Positions 59,836 to 64,000 of a DNA stretch of 64,000 nucleotides are shown here, in pieces. Each line of letters begins with the position of its first letter. Position 1 is the first letter of the stretch. Both the position numbers and the translations under genes were made by a program. Under the pieces are notes generated by a model. It was not told the origin of the DNA, did not search any database, and saw only the letters and a program-made list of their open reading frames with translations. Source of the DNA: Tubiluchus corallicola (taxonomy: Eukaryota; Animalia; Priapulida); assembly GCA_030141605.1 (NCBI GenBank), contig JAQGDQ010000446.1, forward strand, positions 124,001 through 188,000, in the 5' to 3' direction.

Positions 59836-62800
59836 ACACCTATGTTAACTACATAAGTTTTTCCACCTCTTCTAATGCTTGAATAAGTTGTACGATCTTC
59901 CTGCCAGCAGAAAGATCCACTCACACAAATTACAAGCGATTGATTTAAAAACAAAAACAAAAGAATAAAATCAATAAATATTATCGTTTTCTGTTAAAGT
60001 TAAAATCTCAAACATAACCATCACGTTCATAAAACCAGACAGACATCAGCTGTAGAGTAACAGACATAGTAAAAATGTTGGTCATTGTAATAGATAACTA
60101 AGCAACCAATCACCGCGAGGTTACAAACAAAATAACAACTGCATAAAAAAAACTTGATCCACATTACAGATAAATGGGTAAATCAACCTTTTAGGCAGTG
60201 AATAAATAGGCCTATATTTCTAGATCAAGTACAGGAATCTTCAACCAAATGGGCCTATACTGCAAGGCCAAATATAACCTAAATTCTAACACAATGTAAA
60301 TACCAACTTTCGCCATAGTTGCGTGAAACGTTCAGACGTGGAAACACAAAAGATTTCAAAGCAAGATTTACTTACTAAAATTGTGATGAAGTTTAGAAAT
60401 GCAGTCAGGGGAGTACTGCCTATCTCACAACAGAAAGTAAGTGTGAGCATGTCTAGCTGTAAACAGACATGTTTGAACAGGTTGGGACGGGAAAACACTT
60501 GGTCCAGACTGCAACCTCAATGTGCATCGTATAGGCTACAACAGGGTACATCAGCAATAGATAAATTAGAAACATTGAACACTTAGTCGCTTACATTACC
60601 ATTATCAATCAAATTATAGTTATTATACAGTATACATTATATACAGTATACGTTATAGTGACCCCCTCTTGCACTCTCATAGACCTGCCGTCAAATACAA
60701 AATACAAGTAAGCATCCAAGGACACAAAACACCTAACTACATAACAACAAGCTTGGAAAAGTATAATATAACACAAAAAATTGACCAAACAATATTTATA
60801 AAAAAATGAAAAATTAACGATTTAAATGGTAAATCATTACTAGTAAAAAGTTGGTGTCTAGCACGTTGGAACAGTATTGTGCGAATTCAAATTTCTGGAA
60901 CAGTATTGTGCGAATTCAAATTTCTGATTGTCACAGGATGCCTAATGATTATTTTATCGCAAACCTTAATGCATTAATAAAATATTATTATTATCGGGAA
61001 GTTAATAGTCAGTGGTACAAAGGTCTTTGTGATATAACTGGCTATATCGCTAAAAACATTACACAGCACTAAGCAATTTGTGACAGTTTTAAACATACTG
61101 TTAAGCAAAATAACATCACAATAAATAAGCGAGACAACAACTTAGGTAATGAAAATCTGTGGTTTAAACCATACAGTCACCTATAAATAAATCACAGATT
61201 TATACGAGTTCATCTTTAGCCGACAAGAAGACAATTTTGCAAATTAGTAATTCACTTAAATGAAAATCTATGACTCGGACCATATACCATGTAAACTAGT
61301 ATAAATCACAGACTTAGTTATCAAGAAAGTTAATGGATCAGAGGAAACGTTCAAAAAATCAATAAATGAATGAATGATGTCACAAAAGATACCACTTGAG
61401 ATCAGTCGGCTCTACCTAACAGAAACAAAAAGTCAAAGGAGGTCATAGGTCAATTTTCACAACAAATACGAGAATAACTACCACTAGCATCAGCAAATGT
61501 GATGAGGCCATTCACTTTCTGGTCATCTTTATCTGACCAGACTATAGAAGCCAAGATCCAGTGAAGCCAAAGTTCACAAAGACTGAAAGTCATAATATTA
61601 ACACAACCAAATCCGGAAGCGCCTCAGGTCGCCTCAACATGAAATAGACATGAAAAGGAAAGACGAAAGTACAAGATTATCAATTAATTTAGAAATGGTT
61701 AGCAATTGCATCCTGAGAAGCTGATTGGCGTAAACGAGGGGCTGAAAGGTCAAAATTCAGAGGTCTTCGTGATCAATGCTTGCATCATCAAACTTGGTGA
61801 AGATGTCCATCTTGAGAGGACCTCCACTCGACATGTGCATGAAATATATGAAGCCAAGGTTCATAATAAAACAGAATTGGGCTCGATACCATCAAAGCAT
61901 TTTCCTTTGAAGTGATATCTACTAGAAAAGCACAACATGGAGATGAAAGGGGAAGGGCAAATGTCAACGCTCAGACAACGCTAACCTGATATATCACCAA
62001 ATCTGCAGAGGCTACTAAACTTGAAGTTCACCTTTCAGCAGAGTAAATTAAAATTAAACCAGTTAATGTTTTAATATCTCACTTAGCTAATCAAAATCTC
62101 TAGACATATTAAGATACAGAGCACCACAATTTTGCCAAGCAAACTTAGAAAACTGCAAACACAGAGCATAAGAAACAAACACACAACAAAGCAATGAATT
62201 AAGCTAAAAATATTAATTACAAATCTTTGGCTTTTAGAACTTTTCAGGAGATTAACACGGGTCACCAGCAACATAAAACATTCTAACATCACCAGCAGCA
62301 TCACCCGAAGGGCACTCCAGTAAAAGTTTTTCATAAGTTCTATTACACTTTTGCATGTTAAAAACTCTTAATATTTACAAAATTTAATCACAGTTAATTC
62401 AAGGACACAACTGTGCGATGTGCAACATTTACTGCCTGACACAAGTTCCGGCTGGCATCGTTATTTTCAGTGAATGAAAATACAGTAAGTCCTCGCTTAA
62501 CAACTTCCCATTTAGGGATGTTTCGTTGTAACGACAGCGAACATTTGACACCTTTTCCTCACTTAACAACCCATGTTTCATTTTAATGACAATTTTTTAC
62601 TTCGCTCAGTCATTTTTATTTGATCAAGAAATTTTTTTATCATATTTCAAGCACTAAAACTGTACAAACCGCGTTATTGTATTCTAAAAATGCACTAGTA
62701 ATGTAAAATGTCAAGGATTTTTGTTTGTTAAATTTAATATAGCCATACAGTTACAAGTGGCGACATCTGGCCTCAATATTTGCATCCTAGTGAATTTCCG

Positions 62801-63674
62801 GTCATTTAAGTTTCAATGTGTTCAAGTGATGACGTGTTTCTGTGAACTCACGATTTAATGCCAACGATGTATGTAAATTTTATTTAGTCATTTATTTTAT
62901 TTACTGTAAGTCTCTCATTAATTTCACGTAATCGTTATCAACCTTTTGAGAGAAATGAGTTAGTTTATTAAAGAATTTATATATCTTGTTTCAGATAAAA
63001 TGTAATATTTTGGGTAATGGCGTCACAGTGTCAGATATGATGAAGTAAATGACAAAGGGGCATATGACGTGAAAATGGTACATAAACAATAAACTGTTAT
63101 GCTGAGCAAAATGATGACTTTGTTTGTCACCGTAAAACCCAAACATAAAACAATACATTTATTGCATATTATTGCTTCCCGACTGACCAAATACATTTAC
63201 TTGCGATTTATATACCCAACGCACCTTTACAAAAGCGCAAATTTATATGAAAGAATTTTCTCCATAACCTATTCCTACGTAACATCCAAACTGGGTATCT
63301 AGATGAAATTGTCTCAAAGTCACTCCGGAGCTTGGCTTTCAACATACAGTGTTTAACTGCTAAGGGCGTAACATTTATGAAAAAGAAACAGCCAGCTCTA
63401 GGTACTGGTAAGAAAGATCAGTGGTTTCAAGCAAGCAGAAAAAGTTAATTGATAGAATTGTGAATAAAACTCATCTAGAACATGTCTCAATTCTTTTACA
63501 TAACTTTCTATGGAAGTCTTGGCTTCGTTTAACAACATTTATAGTTAAAAACACCACAACTTTATAAAAACTTTTAATTTACGTAGTTAAAAACCGTGTC
63601 AAACATTACGACAGAGCTATTGCTGTCATCATCAGTGGTGCACAGTGTTCTATACTGTAGGCTCTGCCTATATA

Positions 63675-64000
63675 CAGTCGACCCTCGTTAAACCGGACCC
63701 TGTTAGCCCGGATATCGGATAAGACGGACGTCATCCGTGGTAAAGGAAACTGACCGATTTCCGTCCGAGCCGGAGCGCTAAACACAACACGGCCTACCAA
63801 CTGTACAATAATTTCTTTATCCTCACAGGTTAACTATTTTAAAGTAATATACAGTATAGTATATAGTGCACAGTATATAGTGCAATGTATATAGGCCTTA
63901 TTAAGGTGATTATTCCTGTATAATATAGACCATATATAGGCATATCGGATAAATCGGACAATCGGCTAAACCGGACTATCCCCCCCCCAATTAGTCCGGT
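63675..64000 (+). mobile_element. Tc1/pogo MITE, copy 4 (cut by window end)
   Basis: TA + TIR cagtcgaccctcgttaaaccggac; same body as other copies. Confidence 0.85.

Noticed and set aside
61480-61960. Coding-looking stretch with short ORFs on both strands
   Set aside because: No recognisable motif or consistent exon boundaries; possibly UTR or decayed sequence
62483-63500. Possible Tigger-like element starting ta|cagtaagtcctcgcttaac
   Set aside because: Only one TIR-like end visible and no readable transposase

Overview
AT-rich, repeat-dense genomic DNA from an invertebrate animal (spliceosomal GT-AG introns, microsatellites, MITEs, SINE/LINE relics). Reconstructed by hand: (1) a complete 16-coding-exon fatty acid amide hydrolase (FAAH-like) gene on the minus strand (13445-46575, 576 aa, intact Lys-Ser-Ser triad); (2) an intronless, motif-divergent class A GPCR nested on the same strand in FAAH intron 8; (3) a previously hidden two-exon open unit nested in FAAH intron 5; (4) a two-exon gene for a 193-aa secreted protein made of six ~28-aa GYG(I/L)GxNGPP repeats, transcribed divergently from FAAH; (5) an intronless ODF2/cenexin-like coiled-coil ORF; (6) two exons of a calcium-binding EGF-domain gene running off the left edge. 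The rest is mostly transposon-derived: a 5S-rRNA-headed SINE (two copies with TSDs), RTE retrotransposon derivatives, hAT, piggyBac, Tc1/pogo, Kolobok and Harbinger-type MITEs, minisatellites and a large inverted minisatellite pair. All homology calls are from recognition of motifs, not database searches.
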